Below are positions 39,801 through 54,800 of a stretch of DNA of 64,000 nucleotides, in pieces. Location: the NCBI GenBank assembly GCA_964035545.1, contig OZ037765.1:17174995-17238994 (forward strand), given 5' to 3'. Below the pieces are notes generated by a model. That model saw only the letters and a program-made list of their open reading frames with translations. It was not told where the DNA came from and searched no databases. The position numbers and the translations under genes were made by a program. The DNA is from Bugula neritina. Taxonomy: Eukaryota > Animalia > Bryozoa. How positions within the stretch are numbered: position 1 is the stretch's first letter; the number at the start of each line of letters is the position of its first letter.

Positions 39801-42800
39801 ATTAAACCCCAACTACATCAATATATAATATTACCACCACAAAACGTATGTTTTTTTTTTATTAAACACTATTCAATTAATCAAATAAGAAAAGCTGTAC
39901 ATGCAGCTAATAAATGCATATTTCAGTGCAATTTCTTACCTCGGCATCACCTCTAAACATGATGGAGAGAGCATTCACTTTTCGCAAGTCATCTTCTAAC
40001 TGACCAATCAGCCCCTTCTGCTCTTGACACATTTTAAATGACTCATTGAATTGTTGTGTTAGACTCTCGACTTGTGCTGAAAATAAATTCCTTAACCAGT
40101 TGAAGTAAATAAAAATAAAAATATTATAAGCAACTTTCAAACAAAGGAATTGACAAAACTTACTATATTTTCCAAAACATTAAATTTCAATGAATGCCCA
40201 AACATACTCCGTGAAAATATTGAGTTTCCCATACATTTTGCTGCAAAACACTGCATTTATATTTAGGAAAAAAAGGGGCGTATTGGACAAGTTGTGGTAA
40301 AAACTACATTTTTCAGGGTACTATTTATAGGCCATTCAATTATGAGAGAAGCTTAAGAAAAAACACATTTGCCGTTTGGTGTTCTATGCAGCAACTAAAT
40401 AGGCAGATGTTATTGGCCAAACTCATTTGCTCACGTCACTTCTCACTCGGTGTGCTCCAAGCACCTATGCATAATTTTTCTTCCAACAAAGTTCACATAT
40501 TGTGCTTGTATCTTAATTGGAATTCAGAGCAAATTAAATGCTTATTTAAAATCTGTTTTCTGTCACCACAGTATATGAACAATAACTAACAGCTGATGGT
40601 AAACTCACAAAAAATACTTTCAAACACAATTATTTATGGCTACACAGTACAAATTTATTGTTTCATTAGAGTTGTGCACGCATACGCGATCCCTGAGTAA
40701 GCAGACAACTCTCATTTTGGAGTATATAATATATTGAATCTAAATAGGTAATAAACAATTCCATCAATTAACTTTCTTCCATTTATATACTAGCAAAGCA
40801 TAGTAAATGCTATGAACTTACTGCACAAGTAGTTTTTAAAAAAGGAGCATTAGTCTAGGAAAGCAGGGATTGGGTGAAAATTGAGCAGAAAAGGAACAAG
40901 GTTAAAGAAAACACAATGTATCTATCTGAATAACATATGGGACACATATTTAAACTTAAAAGTTCAGGTTAAGCAAAATACTCATTTTTAAAAATTCCCC
41001 CACCTATTGAAGGTTATACCTACATGAAGATTGTAGAATCATAAGTTTTTAAACACGTATGTGGATATTTGCATTGCTCAATTACTACAAGGCAAATAAT
41101 TGTTCATAAAAAGATAAATAGAGTACAGGTAGGAGAATGAACACTTAACTTGACTGGCAGCGATGCACAACATCACAGTAAGGAAGATTTTAGTTCGGTT
41201 TATTAGGAATAAAATATGAGTGTATTATATACATATTTCAATAAAAGGGTAGGTTAGCACTACTAAGGTGGTTAATAAATAATTATACCATTGCAAAAGC
41301 ACAGTTTGATAGTTAACATGATTATTTGTATTTGGACCAATGGGAGAGAGTATATCAATCATTTATATTATTCATGTAAATTAAATAGCATAATAGGGAT
41401 TTCTAACCAATATGACAAAAAAGTGAATAACTTAAACAAAAAGAATGCAAAAATTGGAGAATTATGTGTTTGATGGACTTAGGTGACAAGATGAATATAA
41501 ACAAAACTGCAGCACCTTAATGCATTATATACACAAAATGTTGTTAATCACAACAAATGAATAGGTCTTGCTTCACAATTTCAATATATAAGTTATAACT
41601 CTGTATTGAATTGTTTTTGGCAAGACCTAAACAACTGACTCAAGAGCGAATTTTCTATAATAAGTAAGTATGGAGTACATAGAAAACACTCACTTCCTAT
41701 TTAAAAGTAATACTGAAATATAATTTAAGATTATTGCAATGAATATTGCTGTGAAGTAACTGAACATAGGCAAAAATAAATGAGATTAAATCATCACCAT
41801 GCAGCTTATCTGAAGAAAGAGTGGCTTCAAGTCAACATGGCAAAAATTCTTACTACACAAAATTAGTTAAGGATAATAGCATACATACTTATTAATAATA
41901 AAATACCAGGACTATGAGGAGATGAGATGAATTAAATATTGCAGTTATTTCAAGATTACAGAAAAGCTGTAGTCTATTAATATCATAGCGGCACAATATC
42001 CATCAAAGATACCATGTGACAATGTAATATCCATAAGTCGGATGGAGTAGATTTGGTAAGAGAGGTTACTGACAGGGGCTAATATTTTTGGCCATGTTGA
42101 TTGATTTAAAATGAGTAGAAATATCAAAAAACATAAACTAACAATGAAAAATAAACACAAAATGCGACAATAAAGTTATTGCACTAAATTCAATATAAAA
42201 AGAGAAGACAACTGCAAGCAATATAGCACTTTATCCGTCCCAGTATATGAAAAACAACTTAGAACTCCCAATCTTCTGTACAAGTATCGGTTGTGTTGAC
42301 TTGACTCTCCAGCTTTTGAAGACAGTCTTGTCTATCAACAACTTCATCATCCCATTTCAAGTCTCCCTCAGTTACCCTTTGCTCTATCCGAGCTATCTTG
42401 GCTCTGTTAGCATCTTCTACCTCATCTCCAGCATCAGCGGCTGTAGAGAGTTGAGCAGCAGCAGACTGTGGTTGAGTTTCAGACAAACCCGTCACGTCAA
42501 TCTCGCCGCCGTCGTCTTCCTCGCCAGAGTTGTGTTTGTCTAGCACTGCGCCTGCACTCACATACTTGGGGTTTGCATTCTTGCGCTTTCTGTTGTTGCC
42601 ATTGGGTGTGGAGCTACAGTTGAGTGCAGACTGAGATCTATCTAATATGCCAGGAGAAGTTTCCGGATTGGTGCTGTCAGGACTGGCCACTGGCAGTGAT
42701 GGATCGGGTGAAGAGTTGTGACTATCCGTTGTGTAAGAGTTTTGTGATGAGTATCTGGCTCCGTCTAAGGAGTTTGAGTCAGGTTCCTGTTTAATGCACA

Positions 42801-45800
42801 GCAACTTTCCATTCTCCTCTCTGTTCTGCTGTTTGCTTCTCATCCTATGATTGTGAAACCAATTAGTTACAGTCTTAGAGCTCAGCTCCATTTTTAATGC
42901 CAGAGCATCAACGGCTGCAGTGGAAGGATATGGATCAGCATGAAAAGCTTCACGGAGCATATTTTTCTGCTCGTCTGTAAATGAGTATCTTGCTTTTTTA
43001 GAATAAAATGGAGACGACCGGTCATCTTCCTGCACCGTTCCACAGCTGCCAGATCTTCTGCGAAAAGCTGTAAAACAGGCAAACAGGAGGCATTGTATAA
43101 TGAAAGCAGAATAAAGATCATAGTAAAAAAAACATAAATGTTTATTGTTATGGTAAACCAATCAATATTATTGATTTGTGTTATAGTTTGTAGCAGATGT
43201 TTTCAACTGGATTTCAAGCAAATCACCAGACAGTAGACAATCTCAAACAAACTAAATTAGCTCAACCAGAGATAATGCCTGCCTAATTTAAAATAAGCAT
43301 TGTTTTAATGCTTTCATTTTTTTATTATGAATTGAGCCAATAAATTTGAAACCTACAAAATACATCTAAAAGAAAATATACAAAGCGAATTCTCCAAATG
43401 CTTTAGTTAATGAAAAAACCATTAGCGCTTATAAATCAATATCATAGTAACAATTCAAATACTAAAATGTTATTTACCTTTAACCTCTGCCTGGTATGAC
43501 TTCAGTCTCAAAATATTCATTGGATCCATTAACCACAGGTGCATTCTTACAAACGGCTCCCGACCCTTAAGACTTAGCAAGTGCCAGGGTTTAGGCTTAG
43601 ACAGCATATCACTAACAGAACCTGCAAGCATTGCATATATTGCTGTTTACTTAGTACAACTGGCAGCGCGCAGCACATCATACACAAGTACTAGGTCTAC
43701 AAAAGTGCCCGCAAACACACAAATTACTAGCAGTGATACCTCAAAGAAACAAATCTAAAAATGTGAATCAAACACACAAAAATCACAACACGTGGCGTTA
43801 GTGCCTCTACATAGCAGCAGCGAAATAAATGTTGCAGATTGACTTTGTTTATATACAGTTTGTAAAACAGAATAGAAAATATGTGCAAGCAAATAATAAA
43901 ATAAACCACAATGATTTAGTAAATGATTTTTATGCAACAAGAAAATATAAAGTAACAATGAGTAAACTACGTGATTTGTGCAGGGCTTTCGTATCACAAA
44001 TATGGAAACGAGTGAATGCGCTAGGATTAAACAACACTATTTCTAGAAGTATTTACCTAATTCCTGATGAACAAGCATATCTAACGTAAATCAGAGTTAA
44101 CCACTATAACATTGTTAGAAATACAAACATTTTCATTAGCCGTAGAAAATTTTTGCTGAATAACAATAATTGAATTTAAAATAACTTAAATCTAAAGTTG
44201 TATTACTTTACTAAATGAGGCAATGTTACTAGGTTTTTCAACAAGCCAATTTAATTATAACCACTTAAGATTTATTGTCTAAATTTTCATTTAACATAAC
44301 ACATAATACTGTAACTGTTCACATCAATGTACTAAATTATCAAGTTGGTTTTGTTTAAATGGCAAACAATAATTACATTATATAAATCCATTACATAGAG
44401 TCAATTAGTAATTTTATTTTCACAATTAATAATACGACTAGACTTGATCACTCTCATTAAAAGTAACTACCAACTTTGATGTCTTAATTTACTTCAAATG
44501 TTGATTTACGAATTAATAACCCAAGAGTACATGTAAACTATTTTACCTTGTGATAACCCTAACACTGCTTCCCCAAACAGCTTTTGTCCAATATTGTGAA
44601 ACTGAAGCATTTCTTTGACACGTGATGTTACAAGCAGAGTATCCAGCTGTCCAGTAGCAGCTACCAACTCTATGAGGCTGGGGGCCTGCACTAAGCCCGT
44701 GTGCATAGGATTTGGGACCATAGTAGGCACCCAGTCTACAGACATCTCACTGGAATGGCACCTTTCTGGAGTATCAATGGACGGCACTAAAAGCAGAGGA
44801 TGTATTTGTAAGTAGAGTCACTCCCATGTAGAACAGCAAGACAAGGTGCTCCACAGTAAATGTTCTCACCACAAACATGATCAACAACTATCTTAGGAAC
44901 ATCTTATTTCATAAGCAAATAACTATATGCTTATACATATACTGGGAGAATTGCTAATAATAAGCAGAGGGTTAAGGCAGCATTACCAAAGAAAACAAGT
45001 TATGACTATTTCAGACATACAGTGACATAAGTTGGGATAATTATAAAAAATAACCAATATAAGGAAATTTTATTATAATTAACCACATCTGACCACAGAG
45101 CTAGATTCAGATTATTAAAGAAGGAGATTATAACATTTTGCTCAGAGTGTTTATGGTGAGAAGCTAGAAAGGTCTTAAGTTCAAAACAAATAACTGATAA
45201 TGGGCAAATTACCAGACACATTATAAAGATTGTTGTTGGTAATGTAATAGCATTAGAGTCAGTCAACATACCTGCAGCCATTGCAGGTGAGTCTCGAGCT
45301 ACCACCCTTTCCGGCACTGCATTGTTAGATCGATATTGATTAGCCATCAACTTCTTCCGTGCCTCTGGGTCTTCTGAAAATATCTTCATCCTGATAAAGG
45401 GCTCCCTGCCCTTTTGTGTGAGCATAGACCAAGCCTTAGGCCTAGCTAGGAGATCACTTACACTGCCTTGGGACAGCCCCAACACATTCTCGCCAAATAA
45501 TCTTTGACTAATAGAATACTGGCTAAGCAGCTCTTTAACCTGCCAATGAAAAACAAACAAAATATTATGGAAAATACACACTCGCTGATGCCAAATATTA
45601 TCAAACAAAATATTTAGAAAATCTCTGATGAGACAGTCAAACAAGGTAAACATTTAAAAAAGGTAAACAACTCAAATCCTGTTGACAGTGAAGAAGTCTT
45701 ATAGCAGTAGAATAAGAAGAAAGAAGGCGTGCTCACTTTCTTGACAAGCTCTTCCGTGTTGAGTCCGGTGTACTTGTCAAATTGTTCCTGGGAGATGGGT

Positions 45801-48800
45801 GGAAGGACGTGTTTGAGAGGTTTCTGTTGGAGAAGGTGAGCCTGTGTGGTGCTCAAGAACTGGTTTGTGATGTTCTGCATCTGCTGGAGAGGCGAGGAGC
45901 CCCTGGATGGAGATTCCTGTTTACAGCTGCCGTTAATGGAGAGATCTTGCGGCTCTTCTTGGAGGTCATTACTTGACGGCAGCGGCGACGACTGGGCGCT
46001 CTTTTTTACTAAGAGGCGTTGAAGTTCATCCTTAAACACATTATAAATAATATTAGTTGCAATCAGCATGCACTCGGATTGAAAGAAAATACGCTTTGAG
46101 AGAATCGACTTTGGAAAACTCAAAATTGGTCGTATAAATCAGAGAGTGTAAAGGTTACACTCCTACCTGATACAACCTGTACTCTGCAAGGTTGCCGGAC
46201 TGTTTAGATAATTCTGCTAGCTTGCTCAGCTGTTCCTCATAAATCCGTGCAACAATATCTTCTGAGCTCTCTGCTTGCGGCGCCATTTGCTCAACACTTT
46301 GTTGGTTCGAATGAACAGAATAACTTTTGCTTCCTGTTTTTCTTTCATGTTCGATTGCATCCAAGGGAGGAGAAATGTTATGGTATTTGGACTACAAATT
46401 ACACCAATATTATCAATAATACAATTCATTACAATATGTAGCAATTTTCAGTAAACCATGCCAGTAAAACTATTAACCATCATTTTACAAACAAAATAAA
46501 ATGTATGCAGAATAACAATAACTTACGTTTAAATTTTTGCTGAAATGGTCTGCTGGAGACGGGCTGTGGGTATGTTTATTGAATAAATGATTGCCGTTAG
46601 CCAGTTCTTGACTTTTGGTTGACATTGCATTCTGAGCTTCTTTGAGAATCTGAGCTATTCTTTCCTCAGCATTGCTCGAGTCAGTTTTAGACATGTTGTT
46701 GAATACGCCTGTGGCTGAAACAACAACACATCAAATGAGGTCAGCCCAATCAATAGATCAAAAACTCACAAAATAGCAACACGTTGCCTCTAATCAGGGA
46801 GGGATTATCTCATTAACTTGGAGATTTGCTGCTGTTCAATAGGTTTGAGGGCAGACTGCATTACCTACTGCAAATGACATGGTTCAATCGATTATCGGAG
46901 CTCAGGTTTGTTAATTACCAATTACTGGTTACTTTGACTTTTATACTCGGTATTTTCTTTGAATGCGGTCTCAAGTTGATCCCAAAGATGAATTTACAGA
47001 TAATATTTAGAGGAATAATTAAAAACAATATTGGTTGGAAACTCAGTGCAGTTCAGCATCCTAATTATAATCTATGGGTGTGGATAATCCAACAAGATAC
47101 CAGTGAAAGACCAATAATCACCAGTCGGCCAAAGTTATTTATGCATTGGAGATAACGGTTTGCCATTTCAAAGGCATCAAGTAAGAAATAATGTATATAA
47201 CAAAGTTTAAGGATAAAAGAAACAACAATAAGAAACCTTATAATGCATGCATTAAACGATGAATTGCTTAGCAAATAAATTGAAATTAATCAAGATAACA
47301 TAAAAATCCACGTTCAAATATAATGCTTTAAAATATTAGAAATATATTCTTTACACAGTGCCTTGGTTTTTTGTTTGTATCAAAACCAAGAGCTCAAACA
47401 CACATTTTATGTTGAGAAGAGTAGGTATACATACGTTTTCTAGGAGACACATTTTTCAATGCATCAATATTTCTAATATCCTGCAGCCAATGATACATTT
47501 TCCTATACGACTCTCTGCCCTTTTCAGTTAGCTTGTCCCAATGCTTGGGCTTAGATAATAATTCACTGACAGTGCCCTGAGACAGGCCAAGCACTTGTTT
47601 GGCAAACACTCGCTGCCCAATGTTATGTACACTGAGCAGCTCTTTAACTTTATTGGACACATCCAATGTGTCAAGGCACTACAAACAGCAACATTCAATC
47701 TTAGCACCAGGATACAGCAGTTAGAAAATGAAGAAGTAGGTGGTGAAGTGATATATATAATGATATTTTGGAATGAGTACAAAAATAGATAATATGCATG
47801 CTTGCTTACCTCTTTGAGAAATTCTGGGCGCGTGAGATAATTTGTTGCTGGTGAAGGCCATCCAGCAACTTGCGGGCTTTTGCTGTGTCCATTTTCAGGA
47901 TGCACTAGAGCGGAAGAGCTGTGCTCACTCGTTCGCGACATTGGAGAAGCAAAATTTACTTCAACATCGGTTTTTACCCTCTCTGAAAGCATAAGAAAGG
48001 TGTTTTTGTTTCTATTTATGTCTGTAGATTTACAAGCAGTGTCACAACAAATACAAGCTCTCTGCTAAGCCTTATTAAACAAACTCAAGTGTTACAGCTG
48101 TCAGAGATGGTCAAATGTGCGGTTTGGTTTGCTTTGTAAATGTGTAACCTTTAGTAAAAAGTGAATTTACACCTTTCCTATATTAACAGAGGGGTTTTAC
48201 TCCATTGCCTCAACAGTTACCAGAAGTATACCATATGGCAAGACAAACCAAAACCACACATTGAAAACCAACAGGGCAGGTTAGAAAATAGGAACTAAGT
48301 GTTATACAGTACAAATAGGCACAGGCACAAAAGTTAGCAATTCTCTTCCAACATTACATGGGCAATAAATGCCAACACAAAAGTTAATTTGAAAACAACT
48401 ACGTATTTAATCATCATTTTCCGTGCTGCTAAAGGGTGAACTAAATTGTTTTAAAGCAGCATTTTCTACAGACACATTCTTTACCGCACGATTATTTTTT
48501 CCGAGGAAGAACGATTTTCATTTTGTGTTGATCGACGTTTACCTCGCGGGATGTATTTTATAGATGCCAGTGATAATATAATGACCGGAGAATAAAAAGC
48601 AATGACATATATGACATTGGCGGGTATAAACGAACCCTTACCAAGTAGTCATGGTGATGTCAACAGACTTCAATCAAAGTCTTTACTCTCATTCATCCCC
48701 ATTTTATTGACAGTGAGTAATGATTTGAAATTCCAATGAGGATTGGTGCGAATGTAAATAACCAATTTTATTCCAGATAAAACTAGAAAAACATCATACG

Positions 48801-51800
48801 TTGCAACTGATATCCACAACAATTAGTGGTCAGAAAACGATTTATTAAATTGCACGGCAATCGGATCAATAGGGATGAGTGAGGTGCAGGCAGATAAGAC
48901 TGAAATGGGAATGCGGCGATATTATGAAAATGCACTAATTTGTCTGTCTACCACGCAGCACTTACCGGAAGCATCCAAATTGAGATTTTTAAGCTTGGTG
49001 TTCTCTGTTTGAAGAGATCGATTTTTTTCAAGCAACAATGTTTCTAATGATTTCGCTTGATCGGGAGCCACGTCTTGATTTTCCGAGTTCCTGAATTCCA
49101 ATGACTTCATAATTCTAAACATAAGATTAAAAGTAATTACATAATAATTATAAGATGTTCTATTAATTGGCTAAATCGGTCATTAATATAAATTGGATTG
49201 TTTTTTTTTCATTTCAAGAAAGTGGCAAGATCTCTATTGACTAGTATTTGGCTAGACAGTCCCATGCTAAGCAATTGATGGGTAAGATATATTTTATTAT
49301 TATGTAGTGCTAAAAAGATACTGTGGTTTAAATAATCCCTATTTATTTATAAACCAAACCCAAAGTGCGTTGGTTCAAAAATTTCTTGTGATTTGAGTGT
49401 TTTCATGTTGGTGCCATGAGGAGATGTGTCGATAATTATTAGCAGGTGAGAAAAGAGGATGCAAGAGCAAATAAAACATACTGCAGCTCTTTCTGTATCT
49501 CTTCATAGTCGGACTGCTGAGACAACATGGAGTTGAGCTCAGTAACCTGGCTCTCCTTCTTAGCCAGTTCATCCTCCAACCGACTGACTCTACTGTGAAA
49601 CTCAGCCTGCTGCTTTGCAGATGCAGCCTGCAGTTTCTGCACTTCTTCAACCAGCTGTGTGATCTAAAAACACCAGCATAGTGTGCTTCATATCTAGAGA
49701 TTTCGTAGTGCACTGTCTTATTATATAATAAATCAACTGGGCATTGATAGGAAAATAACACAAGTTTTGCTGAAACTGATATTAGTGTCATTAAAAGTGA
49801 AAAGCTCATCAATATAATCTAAATGAGATGAAATCATCACAAGCTATGAGCTGATGTATAAACAGGATATTTAAAAACACGAAACAATAGCACAATAATT
49901 TGAATGAATTGATGAAGCTAAGGGCGGGCAAAAAAGACAATAAACAAGCGTCATTGTTGGCCCAAGATAATAAAAAAGCAGTTAGATCGATACAATGAAG
50001 ATATTGTTTAATGGCATGCTTTACCAATACTACAGCAGGTAAACAATAAACTGATATCGATTAAGTAGCACGATTGCTAATTGGCAAACACAATTCTATA
50101 CAGACATCTGGGGCCATAGATTGATTGGCAACAAGCCTGTGAATCAATTATTGGGTGATTAATCAATTGTAATGCCACATTTCGGCATCATAAATAACTG
50201 CTAACAGGTATAAAAACAATTATGCCGTTCCAGCATCAAAGTTTTTCAAATTACTAAAATTAAGTGTTGAGGAAATGTACTCAGTGAAGATAATAGAAAC
50301 AATAGCCTAACAATTACACTGGACTAGATAATCTGATAGCTGGAGTTTAACTAATAACAAAGGCAACATAACGTAGCCCATACCTTTCATCAGTTAGAAA
50401 ACTATGTCCATATTTAACAGCACGCACTTGCTCAAGCAACCTGTGGCTTCAATTGTTTAATACAATTTTAATATCACACGAGTCTTCATTTCACAATGGA
50501 AGCTAGATCTCATAAGGAATGACAAACTTATGTCAGAATTCCCGAGTTAAAACAGGATTCCTTAGTTAAAGCAGTTTGCAGTCCAGAACTCTTGGTGTCT
50601 TTGGGTTGGAAATTTCAGAAGATAACAGAGTTTCACCCATGCCTAAAAATGCTTTGTGAAAAATTAGTTAAAGTTGAAACTCATGAGTTTGCTAACCTCT
50701 CTTTCTTTGGCCGTCACCTCCAACTCTAAATCTGATCTCTTCATCTGATCTATCGCCATATCAAGCTCTTGGTTACTAGAATCCTTTTCCTTAAGAGATC
50801 CTTGTAGCTTAACCAGCTGGTCTTGCAGAGACTCCACCTGCCTCTCCGACACAGAAGCTCTCTACCAATCAAAACCACAATACCATCAGTAGCCAATCAG
50901 AAGAAAGAACATATAATATAATCATATTGAGCAATATTATAGTAGTGTAACTCTAGGACACGGAGGAGTTACGCTCTCTCTAAACTCCATTGTACTAGTG
51001 ATTCACCTGCAGTACTGAAACACAGTGATGCTTTGTCTCTTCATTATGCTGTTATTTCATTGGGATCAGCAAGCAATTTGTGATGAAGCATTTCTGAACT
51101 AACAGGTTTTATTGGTTTTAGTTGTATTACACAGTGCTATATACTAGGAGCAGTATTTCCTTGCCAGAGAAGCTATTTAGATACATTGATATGATAGATA
51201 TCCAAATATTGATTTCAATAATATGATGAAGTAACAAGCCATATTTAATTTTGCTTATTCAATTATATCATCACTCGCAGCATTGATTCACTTTTCTTCC
51301 CTTTGATGTCAAAGTAAAGAAATACTGATCCAAATACGGAATCATGCAGTTACTATATGAGAGGCTGAGCATTTTCGATAAAACTTTTATATAATTAATA
51401 GTGAATAATATTTACTTTAGATTTAGGCACACCTTGTACCTCCATACTTGCCGATATAAAGCTTGTACAACTAGATAAAAAGTTAGGTGCTGACTGTATG
51501 AAAATATAACAGCTTTTAGAACGTCTATAACCGCAGTCAAAACTACGCTACAATACTTGGTATTATTACCTCATTGGCTCTTTCTAGATCTAAGATGAGC
51601 ATGTCCATTTCATCAGATCTGAAATAAAACAAACACAAAGTGTATAATAAAACAAAGGAAAGCATATGGCTAGAAAATAGAAACATTTTTTTTATAAAAG
51701 CTTCAAGAATGGCTTCTAGATTTTTTGTGGCCAATAATTTTACAGTTAATGATTTCTATTGGTAAAGGTGAAATACAATAATATTATTGATACCATCCAT

Positions 51801-54800
51801 TAGATTATGATGGCCAACAGATATAACATAAAATATTCTTATTAGCAAGATTGTGGTTACATAATGCTTACATCATAACATGATTATTTCTACAGTGCTT
51901 GAAACTTAAATTACTTTTAAGCCATTTAAAGGTTTTCAACACCCTGATAAATTAGAAAGTCGGCATTAAACTACACCAATGTTCTCGCCACAAAAATCTA
52001 ACTTCAAACGTTACAAGCAACTGCAGTAACTAAAATTTCAGGGGTTGCAGCTCTTGCAATTTGTGAGGCTTGGAAAAAAGATTCTTTTATTTTCGCAAAT
52101 GCTGACTGTTTTCAAAAACATCATCTACAACTTTCACCTAGTAGTTGGTGATAACATAAAGGCACAATTGTAATCACTCACTTTGCAGCAGCTGATTGCT
52201 CATGCTTTGACTTGACTTCAAATAGTTCTGACTGTGAAGATTCCAAAGCTACAACAAACACAGCCCAGGGTAGAGCAAACTAAAGGCAATTCAGAGAATA
52301 TAATCTAACAATAAGCCACTGTGATATTACTTTCCCACAACGCTATGATGTTACTCTTCATTGTGCAAACAAAGTTCTAAGACAGTGGAATAAGTAAAAA
52401 ACAATCAAACCAAACAATAGGATGTTCATCTCTAATTGTGTGTACAAGTTGATCAGTGGATGCTACTTCACATCAATCTGATTTAGTTTAATTGGGTCAG
52501 ATGCCTCCTATAATAGAGTCTTTATCTTAACTCATACCACCCTAACATTGTTATGTTTGTTATTATGCTTTATCAGAAAAAATCTCTGCCCAATAGTTTA
52601 GCTATATCGAAGACAATAGAAATGAACACCAAGCCCAAGGTATCGAATGATCAGTATTTGAGTTGAATAGACAAAAGATAGATCCTGCATTGTCATAAGT
52701 CAGTCTTGTAAACAGGAATAGCGTCTTTATGCTGGTGGCTGCCTATTCTATACACACTCTTCACATGTTTGACTTTAAAATATAGACAATAGTTAATGAT
52801 CTGGGCCCTCCGATACCCACATACACAATACCCAACCTCTCATCATCTTAACAATAATTGATAGGTTGACACTGAATACCTCTACCTCCAATTACACCCT
52901 AGAATATTGCTCCTGAGGCTATGGTGTTTTGAACTGGAGTTAATTTATTAAGAAGTGAATCATAATAGATTCATTAATACTTATGCAGTGCTCTTCTCAT
53001 TGATGTATTTTGTTCAATGCATTGCAATGGAATATGGTATTTGTTATTGAGGTACAAGCTAGACAACAGGCCATATCTACAGGCCTACACTATTTAGTGC
53101 AAAGAAATCCTTTATATGACTTCTTTACTGGAGTTTACTTACGCTTTTATAAAATTGAAAAGCAACTTTCTATCTAGAGTTGTGTGATGCAACTGCGTAC
53201 CATAAGATTGAAAATCAATAGCAGTGGCAAATAGGAACATTGAATATTAAATTACTGATGTTTACTGTAACATCCATCTGTTGCCAAAGCTTTCAGCTCA
53301 CATTTCACAAATGATTGTGCTTCTTTGAATTACTCATGAGTTTGAAATTAAATCAATATTCTCAGCATCTTGTTTATCAGCTTAACTGTATAGCATGAAT
53401 GTAAATTTAGTTATTAGTAATATAATAGTGGCATACATCAATAAACTTTGGCATATATCTATAATCATATATAGTAAACCAACAAGAGAAGCAACGGAGC
53501 AGATTATTGATTAGAGCTTCAGAGTGCTTGATGCCATGTTTAAATGATGTGATTATTGATTTGTAGGCTTGGTATACTAAAATCAATAGGAATATATATT
53601 GTGTGCGATATTCAATTCAGAGGGCTGTTTACAAGACAGCAGCTGCATATGTTGTTGACGAGTTACAAACGGTTTTTAGAATGAAGGTGACGCTAAAACA
53701 ATTCAAACCATACCTGTACTAATATCAAGTAAAATACAGATGATCCAAAACCTAAGGAGAGAGAATAGAGGCAGTGTGGTGTAGAAGGTTGCAGTGTAAT
53801 GTGCTCAAGTAGAGGTTTAGTGTGTTTAGATTATTTCAAATGGTTATGTTTACATAGGATGATTTCATTGCAATATCTAATCTATGAAAACATGAGTAAA
53901 AACTGTAGGCTCCTGCACAACCTTGCTATGAAAACAACAAGATCAATATAATACAGTATATTGATAGATCAGATGTAAACAATGCACTGGCCAACGTCTC
54001 CAAAATGCAGTCTTTCTGTCTGTCTTTAAAAGTCATACCTGTTACTAGCACCTTGTCGGCAGCATTTTCATATTGCTTATCACAACACAACGTCCTGTTG
54101 TCCTGATCTCTCGCTCACAAGGCGCATGCCAAATGTCAAACCAATAACACAGCCTAGCTCACATACACACATTAACTGTTAATTTGTTTTGTGCTATGTC
54201 ACTGTTTAATAAAATCTGCAATACTTGTGACAGATACCTGCTCTCAGAGTAGCCATCTGCTGTTCTGCAACACCAAGCCGTTTGGCGAAGGAGAGCTGGG
54301 TCTCGTGAAGCTGCTTCTCTTTCTCCTGGTACTGTCTGTTCAACTCTTTCTCCTGACTAGCTGACCGAGTCTATAAACATCGAGTGGGTTACGGCATGAA
54401 GCTGTTTTATATAATACTGTATAACATGATATACACTGTAAGGTTGCCAACTTTCCCCCACAGGTAAATGGGATCAGTCCACATTGTAACAATAATAATT
54501 TCAAAACTTGTTTATATCAGCTTACAAAAAAAGTTTACATAAATAGGAAAAAAGGGGGCCAGACACCGAAATAGTCACATGATGTGAATATAAAATAGGG
54601 CTTTGTTTATGTTGAAAACAATCAAGCACAGGCAAGGTTTGAAATCAAGATCTACAATAACGATACATGACTTCGTCTGCATTGATGTTATGAATGTATT
54701 AAATATAGGTAAGTGCCAAATTTATAGGGCACTGGGTAGCATCAGTCTCATCAAATTATCTCCTAGCTGTAAACATGCCTATAGAGTTACATATTAGGTA

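Noticed and set aside
42247-48068. Plus-strand ORFs opposite CUX exons (and 10524-10739 opposite the GPCR)
   Set aside because: Antisense shadows of real coding exons, with no motifs or splice structure.
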